Numbered from the whole stretch's first letter, positions 13,055-26,976 are shown. The stretch is DNA of 62,679 nt, filler included, from Nemertoderma westbladi (GCA_032718475.1; 3 parts of 3 records of this genome joined end to end with filler, not necessarily neighbours in it), one strand, 5' to 3'. Numbers and translations are program-made. Notes: generated from the sequence alone by a model not told the origin.

Positions 13055-14040
13055 ATTCCGAATTTAGCGAATTTAGTTCCAATGGAAACCAATTTAGTTC
13101 CCATTTTGGCGAATTTAGTTCCAATTTAAGCGAACTTAGAGTTCCAATAACTAGAGAAAAACGAAAACGAATTGAATTCCAATGCATGCGAATTTAGTTC
13201 CAATGGATGCGAATTTAGTTCCAATGGATGCGAACTTAGTTCCAATGCAAGCGAATTTAGTTCCAATGGAAGCGAATTTAGTTCCAATGTTTCAGGTGTG
13301 GGGCGAGCCACGTAGTAGGCGAAGAATATGTTTAATGACACTATTAGGTGGATGGTTAAATAATAATTGTAAATACCTAACCCAAAACGCCCAACCTCCT
13401 AACCAAAACAATCTTATCCCAAACAACGCCCACCCTATTAACCCAAACAACGCCCATACACCTAAACCGAAACAACTGGTAAATATTGTATTTGGTGTGA
13501 AAAAGGCACAATGTGCATGTGCATGACTTGAGTATATAATACTACAGATTCAGTAAGTCAGTATCAGTATACTCGTGATTAATATATATTTCAAAATATA
13601 TAATAATACATTTAATTCATTAATACAAATTCGTTTTCAAAAATGACAGAAGGGTTTTACATTTATTTACAATTATTGTTGACCCTGACCCTCCTCAAAT
13701 AGTGGAAATACGCAATAGGCTTCGCCTACTACGTGGCTATCCCCACGACTGAAACATTGGAACTAATCCGTACCTATTGGAACTAAGTTTGTACCCATTG
13801 GAACTAAGTTTGTACCCATTGGAACAAAATTCGCTTCCATTGGCTTTTGAACTAAATTCGCATGCATTGGAACTAAATTCGCATACATTGGAACTAAGTT
13901 CGTTTTGATATTCTGGGATTGGAACAAAGTACGCTTCAATTGGAAAATTTTGTAAAATTTATTTTGGAACTAAATTCGTTTCAATTGGAACCAAGTTCGC
14001 CTTTGAAAATGTGCGATTGGAACTAAGTTCGTGCTACCCT
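13055..14040. mobile_element. Foldback-type element with arms made of 21-bp tandem repeats
   Basis: Left arm (gcgaatttagttccaatggat)n at 13055-13295. Right arm (attggaactaaattcgc...)n at 13749-14035. The inverted match continues inward to gtggggcgagccacgtagtaggcgaag. The right end is gtgctaccc; the matching left terminus is not visible. Confidence 0.7.
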
Positions 14041-15044
14041 TTTGTCACATTATATAGAGGAAATTGTCTGCAATTGATGATAAGTTTTAGTGGACTGTAG
14101 CTCCAGTCCACATTCAAAATAATATTTAATCTGTCAAATTCAAATGTTTGCAGAATATGTTTCTAGTAAATGTTTTTTGAGGTAAATGTACTAAAGCTGC
14201 AACTGGATATCTAAGAAATCATATAAATCAATTACGTTTCCACCAGCACACAATTAATTCACCTATGTCCAAGTAATAATACTGGCCATCAGTTGTTGTA
14301 CATCAGTTTTGCAGCCCGCAGTTGAATTACACATCTACAAATCTCAACCTATAAGTTTAGAAGACACACCGCCTGTAGTCCATTTGTTTCATATCATTTT
14401 GTTTATCATAAGCAATTAATAATATTTGTAGAATTTCAATAAGACTGGAAACACAATAGTTATCGCGCTAGTAGCTAGACTGCTGTACAATGGAAATTAA
14501 TTGAATAAATTTGAAGATCGACAACAATAACAATCACAACATAAAGAAAACTGATTCCTTATAGCTAAAATGCAACAAAAAAACAAGAGAAGCAAAACTG
14601 TTGCTCTTATTCAGTTTTAATGGTTTTGTAAATATATTTAGAGAAAATATTTTTTGCAATATTTTATTGCGATTATAATTATTATTATTGTGATCTAATT
14701 GGTAATTGATTGCAGGACATTCTCATATATTAACTTAATGGTAAGCACAAGAGTCTTACACCCCATAAACTTCGAAAATATATAGAATCAGGACATTAAG
14801 CCCAAATTAGTACTCAGTCCCTAGGTCCATCAAAGGACACAATCAATTTGATTAATTTCTCATGGAAAGTGTTTTGCACATGCACAGGCCATGACTTTCA
14901 TAAGTCTCAGCTTAAAAAGCACTGGCCTTAGAGGTGCAGATAATCTAGCGAAAGTCATGGGTGATTGGAAATTGTGCAACTTAGTTCATAAGCAGGCATA
15001 GCATTCGAAATGAGTTGCAAGGCGCAAGTCGATTATATATATAA

Positions 15045-15391
15045 CTAGCTGGCAATACCCAAGGCGGGTTACCTGGTATCCCTCCGGTCCCGGTACCAGT
15101 ACCAGCACTCCACTACCAAACATGAATTAAACTTTTCGAAAAGTGGCCTATAACGACCGCTAGTTAAAGTTATACACACATGCCAAGTCCCAGCGCAATC
15201 CCTCCACCCGTCATCCCACTGGTACCCGTATGCCGGTACTGTACCGAAGGTGAATTAAACTTTTCGAAAAGTGGCCTATAACGACCGCTAGTTAAAGTTA
15301 TACACACATGCCAAGTCCCAGCGCAATCCCTCCACCGGTTTTGGAGGAGTTCGAACACAGACAAAGAGAATTTGACTTTTATAGGTATAGA
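15045..15391 (-). mobile_element. Non-autonomous Helitron
   Basis: The minus strand starts TCTATACC and ends CTAG, inserted between A and T. Small GC hairpin (accc-aaggc-gggt) ~11 nt from the 3' end. Internal ~86-bp direct duplication at 15123-15208 and 15251-15335. Confidence 0.7.
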
Positions 15392-15742
15392 TAGATAATT
15401 ACTCAGCATGATATATTCATAATCTTTGTATAAAGGCACATATAATGAAAAATTTAAAAGCAGGGAAGCTGGTGACGCTATCCAGCACAATGTTTTTAAT
15501 GAGGCGGCTGATATTTTTTAATTTACAAGATTATGTAAATATTATTGAAAATCCATTAATCCTAATCTTTACATGTGAAGGCCCCGCCCCGCCCATTCTC
15601 CTAATTTTTTCTTTGATTAAAGAGGAAATGAGTTTTCTTCCTATGTAGGTACATTTCAATTTTACTCCAATTATCTTTTTTTCCTCTACATTTTCTTCAA
15701 TTAATTACAATGGTAAAGGTTATCCATGGAACTATCTTCTAA

Positions 15743-16628
15743 ATCCTGGCTTGTGTACTGCAAGGTGACACATTGGCGCCATTATTATTCATATTTATAC
15801 TGGATTACGCAATGAGGACTTCAAGGAAGGGTGAAGATCTTGGATTCACACTACAAGAACGCAGAAGTAGTAGATATCCGGCAACTACAGTCACAGAACC
15901 GACTTTGTGGATGACATCGCCCTGTTCTCTTATACGCTAGCAGATGCACAGCTTCTACTAAATAAAGTGGAGAGGGCTGCTAAGGAGGTTGGATTGCATA
16001 TAAATGTTACCAAGACCGAATTCATGACCTTTAATGTTGATGGAAACTTGACAACCAATGATAATAATCAACTAAGGAAGGTCGATGACTTCCAGTACCT
16101 TGGGTCATGGATAGAGAGTAGCAAAAAGACATAGAAGTTCGGAAAGCCAAGGCTTGGGTAGCTCTATCAAAAATGGATACCATGATCTGGAAGTCCAGGA
16201 TCTCCAGGCACCTGAAGACTTAAGTTCTTTCGAACCACATTGGAAAGTGTAAGCCTACTTGTATACGGGGGTGAGACCTCCCTTGACACTTTAACAAAGA
16301 ATTAATGGTTGTTACAAGACTACTAAGGTAGCCCAAAACATCAACTGGAGACAACACTATACCACCAGTATCAACAACCCTCGTGAACGCAGATTAAGAT
16401 TCCGCGGGCACTGCTGGAGAAGTAGACGAGGTCATACCAGATCTACTTTCCTGGCAACCAACACAAAGAAAGCGTACCCGCCGTGGACGACCGGCTATAA
16501 CATTTAGACCAACTTGAAAGGGAACTGGAATTGAGAGAAACGAAATTGCGACAACTATGGAGAATCGGGAAGCCTGGAAGGATCTCATTTCCACTGTCCG
16601 AGCTCGCTCGACCTAGTAGTAGTAGTAG
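15743..16628 (+). mobile_element. Decayed 5'-truncated RTE LINE (second family) in the GPCR intron
   Basis: Motifs VLQGDTLAP, DDIAL and DDFQYLGSWI. Ends cgctcgacc followed by (TAG)n. Highly similar to the copy at 46755-47620. Confidence 0.88.
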
Positions 16629-16671
16629 CATGTAACTATAGTAACTACAACACTGACTGTTACCATTTCAG

Positions 16672-16846
16672 TGTTCCCAATACCAATTGTATTAACATGG
16701 ATGGTTGTGATGATAGTTTATGACGAAACCACCATATGCTGGTTGGATTTCTACAAACTAGACTACTACTGGATCGTCGAAGGAGTTCGTAATGCTATCC
16801 TCGCAATCAATTTGTTCTTTTTGCTGAATATAATCCGGGTGCTTAT
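16672..16846 (+). CDS. PDFR: PDF-receptor-like GPCR: TM4-ECL2-TM5 exon, truncated by the assembly gap
   Basis: catttcag acceptor in phase 1. Translates (L)FPIPIVLTWMVVM...ICWLDFYKLDYYWIVEGVRNAILAINLFFLLNIIRVL. YYWIxEG-x-R and FLLNIIRVL are PDF-receptor-type motifs. Confidence 0.9.
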
Positions 16847-16946
16847 NNNNNNNNNNNNNNNNNNNNNNNNNNNNNNNNNNNNNNNNNNNNTTAATTAATT
16901 AANNNNNNNNNNNNNNNNNNNNNNNNNNNNNNNNNNNNNNNNNNNN
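16847..16946. other. Artificial scaffold linker (N44-TTAATTAATTAA-N44)
   Basis: Exactly 100 nt, with stops in all six frames. The same structure recurs at 46073-46172. Confidence 0.97.
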
Positions 16947-19900
16947 AATTTGTAATCCAAGTTGAAACTCAAGTAATTTGTAATCCAAGTTGAAACTCAA
17001 GTAATTTGTAATCCAAGTGAAACTCAAGTCATTTGTAATCCAAGTGAAACTCAAGTCATTTGTAATCCAAGTGAAACTCAAGTAATTTGTAATCAAAGTG
17101 AAACTCAAGTTATTTGTAATCCAAGTCAAACTCAAGTTATTTGTAATCCGAGTGAAACTCAAGTCATTTGTAATCCAAGTTGAAACTCAAGTCATTTGTA
17201 ATCCAAGTGAAACTCAAGTCATTTGTAATCCAAGTTGAAACTCAAGTCATTTGTAATCCAAGTGAAACTCAAGTCATTTGTAATCCAAGTGAAACTCAAG
17301 TAGTTTGTAATCCAAGTGAAACTCAAGTTATTTGTAATCCAAGTGAAACTCAAGTAATTTGTAATCCAAGTTGAAACTCAAGTAATTTGTAATCCAAGTG
17401 AAACTCAAGTCATTTGTAATCCAAGTTGAAACTCAAGTCATTTGTAATCCAAGTTGAAACTCAAGTCATTTGTAATCCAAGTTGAAACTCAAGTAATTTG
17501 TAATCCAAGTTGAAACTCAAGTAATTTGTAATCCAAGTTGAAACTCAAGTAATTTGTAATCCAAGTGAAACTCAAGTCATTTGTAATCCAAGTTGAAACT
17601 CAAGTCATTTGTAATCCAAGTTGAAACTCAAGTCATTTGTAATCCAAGTTGAAACTCAAGTAATTTGTAATCCAAGTTGAAACTCAAGTAATTTGTAATC
17701 CAAGTGAAACTCAAGTCATTTGTAATCCAAGTTGAAACTCAAGTAATTTGTAATCCAAGTGAAACTCAAGTCATTTGTAATCCAAGTTGAAACTCAAGTC
17801 ATTTGTAATCCAAGTTGAAACTCAAGTCATTTGTAATCCAAGTTGAAACTCAAGTAATTTGTAATCCAAGTTGAAACTCAAGTAATTTGTAATCCAAGTT
17901 GAAACTCAAGTAATTTGTAATCCAAGTGAAACTCAAGTCATTTGTAATCCAAGTTGAAACTCAAGTCATTTGTAATCCAAGTTGAAACTCAAGTCATTTG
18001 TAATCCAAGTTGAAACTCAAGTAATTTGTAATCCAAGTTGAAACTCAAGTAATTTGTAATCCAAGTGAAACTCAAGTCATTTGTAATCCAAGTTGAAACT
18101 CAAGTCATTTGTAATCCAAGTGAAACTCAAGTCATTTGTAATCCAAGTGAAACTCAAGTAATTTGTAATCCAAGTGAAACTCAAGTTATTTGTAATCCAA
18201 GTGAAACTCAAGTTATTTGTAATCCAAGTGAAACTCAAGTCATTTGTAATCCAAGTTGAAACTCAAGTCATTTGTAATCCAAGTGAAACTCAAGTCATTT
18301 GTAATCCAAGTTGAAACTCAAGTCATTTGTAATCCAATGAAACTCAAGTCATTTGTAATCCAAGTGAAACTCAAGTCATTTGTAATCCAAGTGAAACTCA
18401 AGTAGTTTGTAATCCAAGTGAAACTCAAGTAGTTTGTAATCCAAGTGAAACTCAAGTCATTTGTAATCCAAGTTGAAACTCAAGTCATTTGTAATCCAAG
18501 TTGAAACTCAAGTAATTTGTAATCCAAGTTGAAACTCAAGTAATTTGTAATCCAAGTGAAACTCAAGTCATTTGTAATCCAAGTTGAAACTCAAGTAATT
18601 TGTAATCCAAGTGAAACTCAAGTCATTTGTAATCCAAGTTGAAACTCAAGTCATTTGTAATCCAAGTTGAAACTCAAGTCATTTGTAATCCAAGTTGAAA
18701 CTCAAGTAATTTGTAATCCAAGTTGAAACTCAAGTAATTTGTAATCCAAGTTGAAACTCAAGTAATTTGTAATCCAAGTGAAACTCAAGTCATTTGTAAT
18801 CCAAGTTGAAACTCAAGTCATTTGTAATCCAAGTTGAAACTCAAGTCATTTGTAATCCAAGTTGAAACTCAAGTAATTTGTAATCCAAGTTGAAACTCAA
18901 GTAATTTGTAATCCAAGTGAAACTCAAGTCATTTGTAATCCAAGTTGAAACTCAAGTCATTTGTAATCCAAGTGAAACTCAAGTCATTTGTAATCCAAGT
19001 GAAACTCAAGTAATTTGTAATCCAAGTGAAACTCAAGTTATTTGTAATCCAAGTGAAACTCAAGTTATTTGTAATCCAAGTGAAACTCAAGTCATTTGTA
19101 ATCCAAGTTGAAACTCAAGTAATTTGTAATCCAAGTGAAACTCAAGTCATTTGTAATCCAAGTTGAAACTCAAGTCATTTGTAATCCAATGAAACTCAAG
19201 TCATTTGTAATCCAAGTGAAACTCAAGTCATTTGTAATCCAAGTGAAACTCAAATAGTTTGTAATCCAAGTTGAAACTCAAGTAATTTGTAATCCAAGTG
19301 AAACTCAAGTTATTTGTAATCCAAGTTGAAACTCAAGTCATTTGTAATCTAAGTGAAACTCAAGTCATTTGTAATCCAAGTGAAACTCAAGTCATTTGTA
19401 ATCCAAGTTGAAACTCAAGTCATTTGTAATCCAAGTTGAAACTCAAGTCATTTGTAATCCAAGTTGAAACTCAAGTCATTTGTAATCCAAGTTGAAACTC
19501 AAGTCATTTGTAAAGTTGAAACTCAAGTCATTTGTAATCCAAGTTGAAACTCAAGTAATTTGTAATCCAAGTTGAAACTCAAGTAATTTGTAATCCAAGT
19601 GAAACTCAAGTCATTTGTAATCCAAGTTGAAACTCAAGTCCTTTGTAATCCAAGTGAAACTCAAGTCATTTGTAATCCAAGTGAAACTCAAGTAATTTGT
19701 AATCCAAGTGAAACTCAAGTAATTTGTAATCCAAGTTGAAACTCAAGTCATTTGTAATCCAAGTGAAACTCAAGTCATTTGTAATCCAAGTGAAACTCAA
19801 GTCATTTGTAATCCAAGTGAAACTCAAGTAATTTGTAATCCAAGTGAAACTCAAGTCATTTGTAATCCAAGTGAAACTCAAGTAATTTGTAATCCAAGTG

Positions 19901-22900
19901 AAACTCAAGTAATTTGTAATCCAAGTTGAAACTCAAGTCATTTGTAATCTAAGTGAAACTCAAGTCATTTGTAATCCAAGTGAAACTCAAGTCATTTGTA
20001 ATCCAAGTGAAACTCAAGTAATTTGTAATCCAAGTGAAACTCAAGTCATTTGTAATCCAAGTGAAACTCAAGTAATTTGTAATCCAAGTGAAACTCAAGT
20101 AATTTGTAATCCAAGTTGAAACTCAAGTCATTTGTAATCTAAGTGAAACTCAAGTCATTTGTAATCCAAGTGAAACTCAAGTCATTTGTAATCCAAGTGA
20201 AACTCAAGTAATTTGTAATCCAAGTTGAAACTCAAGTAATTTGTAATCCAAGTGAAACTCAAGTCATTTGTAATCCAAGTTGAAACTCAAGTCATTTGTA
20301 ATCTAAGTGAAACTCAAGTCATTTGTAATCCAAGTGAAACTCAAGTCATTTGTAATCCAAGTGAAACTCAAGTAATTTGTAATCCAAGTGAAACTCAAGT
20401 CATTTGTAATCCAAGTGAAACTCAAGTCATTTGTAATCCAAGTTGAAACTCAAGTCATTTGTAATCCAAGTTGAAACTGAATTCATTTGTAATCCAAGTT
20501 GAAACTCAAGTAATTTGTAATCCAAGTGAAACTCAAGTCATTTGTAATCCAAGTTGAAACTCAAGTCATTTGTAATCCAAGTGAAACTCAAGTCATTTGT
20601 AATCCAAGTGAAACTCAAGTAATTTGTAATCCAAGTGAAACTCAAGTAATTTGTAATCCAAGTTGAAACTCAAGTCATTTGTAATCTAAGTGAAACTCAA
20701 GTCATTTGTAATCCAAGTGAAACTCAAGTCATTTGTAATCCAAGTGAAACTCAAGTCATTTGTAATCCAAGTTGAAACTCAAGTCATTTGTAATCCAAGT
20801 GAAACTCAAGTCATTTGTAATCCAAGTTGAAACTCAAGTCATTTGTAATCCAAGTTGAAACTCAAGTAATTTGTAATCCAAGTGAAACTCTAGTCATTTG
20901 TAATCCAAGTGAAACTCAAGTCATTTGTAATCCAAGTGAAACTCAAGTCATTTGTAATCCAAGTGAAACTCAAGTCATTTGTAATCCAAGTGAAACTCAA
21001 GTCATTTGTAATCCAAGTGAAACTCAAGTCATTTGTAATCCAAGTGAAACTCAAGTCATTTGTAATCCCAGTGAAACTCAATTCATTTGTAATCCAAGTG
21101 AAACTCAAGTCATTTGTAATCCAAGTGAAACTCAAGTCATTTGTAATCCAAGTGAAACTCAAGTCATTTGTAATCCAAGTGAAACTCAAGTCATTTGTAA
21201 TCCAAGTTGAAACTCAAGTAATTTGTAATCCAAGTGAAACTCTAGTCATTTGTAATCCAAGTTGAAACTCAAGTAATTTGTAATCCAAGTGAAACTCAAG
21301 TCATTTGTAATCCAAGTGAAACTCAAGTCATTTGTAATCCAAGTGAAACTCAAGTCATTTGTAATCCAAGTGAAACTCAAGTCATTTGTAATCCAAGTGA
21401 AACTCAAGTCATTTGTAATCCAAGTGAAACTCAAGTCCTTTGTAATCCAAGTGAAACTCAAGTCATTTGTAATCCAAGTTGAAACTCAAGTAATTTGTAA
21501 TCCAAGTTGAAACTCAAGTCATTTGTAATCCAAGTGAAACTCAAGTCATTTGTAATCCAAGTTGAAACTCAAGTCATTTGTAATCCAAGTTGAGACTCAA
21601 GTCATTTGTAATCCAAGTGAAACTTAAGTCTTTTGCAATCCAAGTGAAAATCAAGTCATTTGTAATCCAAGTGAAACTCAAGTCATTTGTAATCCAAGTT
21701 GAAACTCAAGTCATTTGTAATCCAAGTTGAAACTCAAGTCATTTCTAATCCAAGTTGAAACTCAAGTCATTTGTAATCCAAGTTGAAACTCAAGTCATTT
21801 GTAATCCAAGTTGAAACTCAAGTCATTTGTAATCTAAGTGAAACTCAAGTCATTTGTAATCCAAGTTGAAACTCAAGTCATTTGTAATCCAAGTTGAAAC
21901 TCAAGTCATTTGTAAAGTTGAAACTCAAGTCATTTGTAATCCAAGTGAAACTCAAGTCATTTGTAATCGAAGTGAAAATCAAGTCATTTGTATCCAAGTG
22001 AAACTCAAGTCATTTGTAATCCAAGTGAAACTCAAGTCATTTGTAATCCAAATGAAACTCAAGTCATTTGTAATCCAAGTTGAAACTCAAGTCATTTGTA
22101 ATCCAAGTGAAACTCAAGTCATTTGTAATCCAAGTTGAAACTCAAGTCATTTGTAATCCAAGTGAAACTCAAGTCATTTGTAATCCATGTGAAACTCAAT
22201 TCATTTGTAATCCAAGTGAAACTCAAGTCATTTGTAATCCAAGTTGAAACTCAAGTCATTTGTAATCCAAGTTGAAACTCAAGTCATTTGTAATCCAAGT
22301 GAAACTCAAGTCATTTGTAATCCAAGTGAAACTCAAGTCATTTGTAATCCATGTGAAACTCAATTCATTTGTAATCCAAGTTGAAACTCAAGTCATTTGT
22401 AATCCAAGTGAAACTCAAGTCATTTGTAATCCATGTGAAACTCAATTCATTTGTAATCCAAGTGAAACTCAAGTCATTTGTAATCCAAGTTGAAACTCAA
22501 GTCATTTGTAATCCAAGTTGAAACTCAAGTCATTTGTAATCCAAGTGAAACTCAAGTCATTTGTAATCCATGTGAAACTCAATTCATTTGTAATCCAAGT
22601 TGAAACTCAAGTCATTTGTAATCCAAGTTGAAACTCAAGTCATTTGTAATCCAAGTGAAACTCAAGTCATTTGTAATCCAAGTGAAACTCAAGTCATTTG
22701 TAATCCAAGTGAAACTCAAGTCATTTGTAATCCAAGTTGAAACTCAAGTCATTTGTAATCCAAGTGAAACACAAGTCATTTGTAATCCAAGTGAAACTCA
22801 AGTCATTTGTAATCCAAGTTGAAACTCAAGTCATTTGTAATCCAAGTTGAAACTCAAGTCATTTGTAATCCAAGTGAAACTTAAGTCTTTTGTAATCCAA

Positions 22901-25570
22901 GTGAAAATCAAGTCATTTGTAATCCAAGTGAAACTCAAGTCATTTGTAATCCAAGTTGAAACTCAAGTCATTTGTAATCCAAGTTGAAACTCAAGTCATT
23001 TGTAATCCAAGTTGAAACTCAAGTCATTTGTAATCCAAGTTGAAACTCAAGTCATTTGTAATCCAAGTTGAAACTCAAGTCATTTGTAATCCAAGTGAAA
23101 CTCAAGTCATTTGTAATCCAAGTGAAACTCAAGTCATTTGTAATCCAAGTGAAACTCAAGTCATTTGTAATCCAAGTGAAACTCAAGTCATTTGTAATCC
23201 AAGTGAAACTAAAGTCATTTGTAATCCAAGTGAAACTCAAGTCATTTGTAATCCAAGCGAAACTCAAGTCATTTGTAATCCAAGTTGAAACTCAAGTCAT
23301 TTGTAATCCAAGTGAAACTCAAGTCATTTGTAATCCAAGTTGAAACTCAAGTCATTTGTAATCCAAGTGAAACTTAAGTCTTTTGTAATCCAAGTGAAAA
23401 TCAAGTCATTTGTAATCCAAGTGAAACTCAAGTCATTTGTAATCCAAGTTGAAACTCAAGTCATTTGTAATCCAAGTTGAAACTCAAGTCATTTGTAATC
23501 CAAGTTGAAACTCAAGTCATTTGTAATCCAAGTTGAAACTCAAGTCATTTGTAATCCAAGTTGAAACTCAAGTCATTTGTAATCCAAGTTGAAACTCAAG
23601 TCATTTGTAATCCAAGTTGAAACTCAAGTCATTTGTAATCCAAGTTGAAACTCAAGTCATTTGTAATCCAAGTTGAAACTCAAGTAATATGTAATCCAAG
23701 TGAAACTCAAGTCATTTGTAATCCAAGTTGAAACTCAAGTCATTTGTAATCCAAGTTGAAACTCAAGTCATTTGTAATCCAAGTTGAAACTCAAGTCATT
23801 TGTAATCCAAGTTGAAACTCAAGTCATTTGTAATCCAAGTTGAAACTCAAGTCATTTGTAATCCAAGTGAAACTCAAGTCATTTGTAATCCAAGTTGAAA
23901 CTCAAGTCATTTGTAATCCAAGTTGAAACTCAAGTAATATGTAATCCAAGTGAAACTCAAGTCATTTGTAATCCAAGTTGAAACTCAAGTCATTTGTAAT
24001 CCAAGTTGAAACTCAAGTCATTTGTAATCCAAGTTGAAACTCAAGTCATTTGTAATCCAAGTTGAAACTCAAGTCATTTGTAATCCAATTGAAACTCAAG
24101 TCATTTGTAATCCAAGTTGAAACTCAAGTCATTTGTAATCTAAGTGAAACTCAAGTCATTTGTAATCCAAGTTGAAACTCAAGTCATTTGTAATCCAGGT
24201 TGAAACTCAAGTCATTTGTAATCCAAGTTGAAACTCAAGTCATTTGTAATCCAAGTTGAAACTCAAGTCATTTGTAATCCAAGTTGAAACTCAAGTCATT
24301 TGTAATCTAAGTGAAACTCAAGTCATTTGTAATCCAAGTTGAAACTCAAGTCATTTGTAATCCAAGTTGAAACTCAAGTCATTTGTAAAGTTGAAACTCA
24401 AGTCATTTGTAATCACAGTTGAAACTCAAGTCATTTGTAATCCAAGTGAAACTCAAGTCATTTGTAATCCAAGTGAAAATCAAGTCATTTGTATCCAAGT
24501 GAAACTCAAGTCATTTGTAATCCAAGTGAAACTCAAGTCATTTGTAATCCAAATGAAACTCAAGTCATTTGTAATCCAAGTTGAAACTCAAGTCATTTGT
24601 AATCCAAGTTGAAACTCAAGTCATTTGTAATCCAAGTTGAAACTCAAGTCATTTGTAATCCAAGTGAAACTCAAGTCATTTGTAATCCAAGTGAAACTCA
24701 AGTCATTTGTAATCCAAGTGAAACTCAAGTCATTTGTAATCCAAGTTGAAACTCAAGTCATTTGTAATCCAAGTTGAAACTCAAGTCATTTGTAATCCAA
24801 GTTGAAACTCAAGTCATTTGTAATCCAAGTTGAAACTCAAGTCATTTGTAATCCAAGTTGAAACTCAAGTCATTTGTAATCTAAGTGAAACTCAAGTCAT
24901 TTGTAATCCAAGTTGAAACTCAAGTCATTTGTAATCCAAGTTGAAACTCAAGTCATTTGTAAAGTTGAAACTCAAGTCATTTGTAATCCAAGTGAAACTC
25001 AAGTCATTTGTAATCCAAGTGAAACTCAAGTCATTTGTAATCCAAGTGAAACTCAAGTCATTTGTAATCCAAGTTGAAACTCAAGTCATTTGTAATCCAA
25101 GTTGAAACTCAAGGCATTTGTAATCCAAATGAAACTCAAGTAATTTGTAATCCAAGTTGAAACTCAAGTCATTTGTAATCTAAGTGAAACTCAAGTCATT
25201 TGTAATCCAAGTTGAAACTCAAGTCATTTGTAATCCAAGTTGAAACTCAAGGCATTTGTAATCCAAGTTGAAACTCAAGTCATTTGTAATCCAAGTGAAA
25301 CTCAAGTCATTTGTAATCCAAGTTGAAACTCAAGTCATTTGTAATCTAAGTGAAACTCAAGTCATTTGTAATCCAAGTTGAAACTCAAGTCATTTGTAAT
25401 CCAAGTTGAAACTCAAGTCATTTGTAATCCAAGTTGAAACTCAAGTCATTTGTAATCCAAGTTGAAACTCAAGTCATTTGTAATCCAAGTTGAAACTTAA
25501 GTCATTTGTAATCCAAGTTGAAACTCAAGTAATTTGTAATCCAAGTGAAACTCAAGTCATTTGTAATCCG
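16947..25570. repeat. Satellite array, 27/28-bp unit gaaactcaagtcatttgtaatccaagt(t), roughly 310 copies
   Basis: Continuous, highly homogeneous tandem array whose left end runs into the gap. Confidence 0.98.
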
Positions 25571-26976
25571 ATCTGAACTGATATGAGTGGAGCGAATATT
25601 GGATTTTACTTGGAATTATGCTTAAGAGTTACGACCTACTAAATTCAGAGGGATTCTCGGAATTATAATGTCCATAGGCCTCTATGCTGTAAGTAGTTGG
25701 TAGACAAACCCGTCACCATATCAAAGTACAACGCGATAATAACGCAAGCCGACATCACTATATAAATGGTCGATGGAACTGTAGGTGTGATTATATCTTA
25801 TTAAAGTAAGAATGTACGTTGTAATTAGACGACAGATATGATGGCTAAACTTCTATAATTTAAAATAAAGCTTTATTGTTTGAGTACCTGTAGTGGAACA
25901 TGTGATGGGATTCGAGCTCGTACTTGTGGTACATAAACGGTCAAAAAGGAATAAAAGCTTTGTTTTTCGTATTATACGCAATTCATTTTCACCTCCAGTT
26001 GTTGTCTGAAACCGAATAGTAATGGTCGAGAATCCCGGTGTTGCCAGGGATATGTAGTGTGACTGATACCGATAGTACGATAGTACATGGTAGAGGACGG
26101 TCTGTCAGTTTTAGGAAACTAAGCAACGTATTTGAAGATATAATTATTTATTACATGGTAAAAAATGAGAACTTTTTTTACTATTCTCGAGGCATTTTAT
26201 TTACCGAGCTCCAACGAGGTTAATAAAGGGTCGAGAGAATATTGAATTTCCATAGTTACTGCGATTCAAATTACTGTATTCTTCAAGTCATGATGCTGCC
26301 TAACTCAATGTTAAATAATTTAGTGTTCTCGAATATTTATTACGTAATAACTAGAGAGCTGCTTAACTACATACACCAATATTGAATATTTTGGAGTACC
26401 CCTTGCAGACACTAAAGTTGCAATAACTTTTGAGTTTTTGCTTTTGGGATTTTGCTCAAATTACTTGCAAACAACAACATCGATGCTCTTTCAACACATG
26501 TAATAAAATTTAAGAAATTCCACCAAAATATTTTATTTTACTTTTTTCGCCGGAAAAAAGGAAAATTATTATAATCATAAAAAAAGTAAAATCAATACAA
26601 TCCGTTTGGTTACTTATTTCCCTGGAGAAATTTACTTTTATTTTGGGGTACATTTGAACCAAAAAGTAACAATTTAAGAATATAAATTCATTCGTTATTT
26701 TATGAAAATAAGTTAGTAGTTGTTATTGGTTTAGTTCTATCAAAGCATGTATTCGTAGGAAAAGTCGAATCTTTATTCCTTAAAAGCCGACTATAAATCA
26801 GTTAATTTATATTATTATTATTCCAGTTGCATTAACAGCTCAATACCAATTTGTATATTTACATACTACCGTAGAAGGCATTTTGAAACTGGTCTACACT
26901 CTACTCTGAGACTGATATTCTTTAACAATGAGTAGGGCCTAATCTCGCCAGTCGCGTTAACTGCAAGAACAACGAC

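Noticed and set aside
13126-13526. ANLVPM / LELNS repeat ORFs
   Set aside because: They are translations of the 21-bp foldback arm repeats.
16891-16902. TTAATTAATTAA palindrome between N runs (also at 46117-46128)
   Set aside because: A synthetic six-frame-stop scaffolding linker, not biological sequence.
16899-24612. Many ORFs of ETQVICNPS / KLKSFVIQV / SFTWITNDL repeats
   Set aside because: They are translations of the 27-bp satellite, and 28-bp units break the frame at random.
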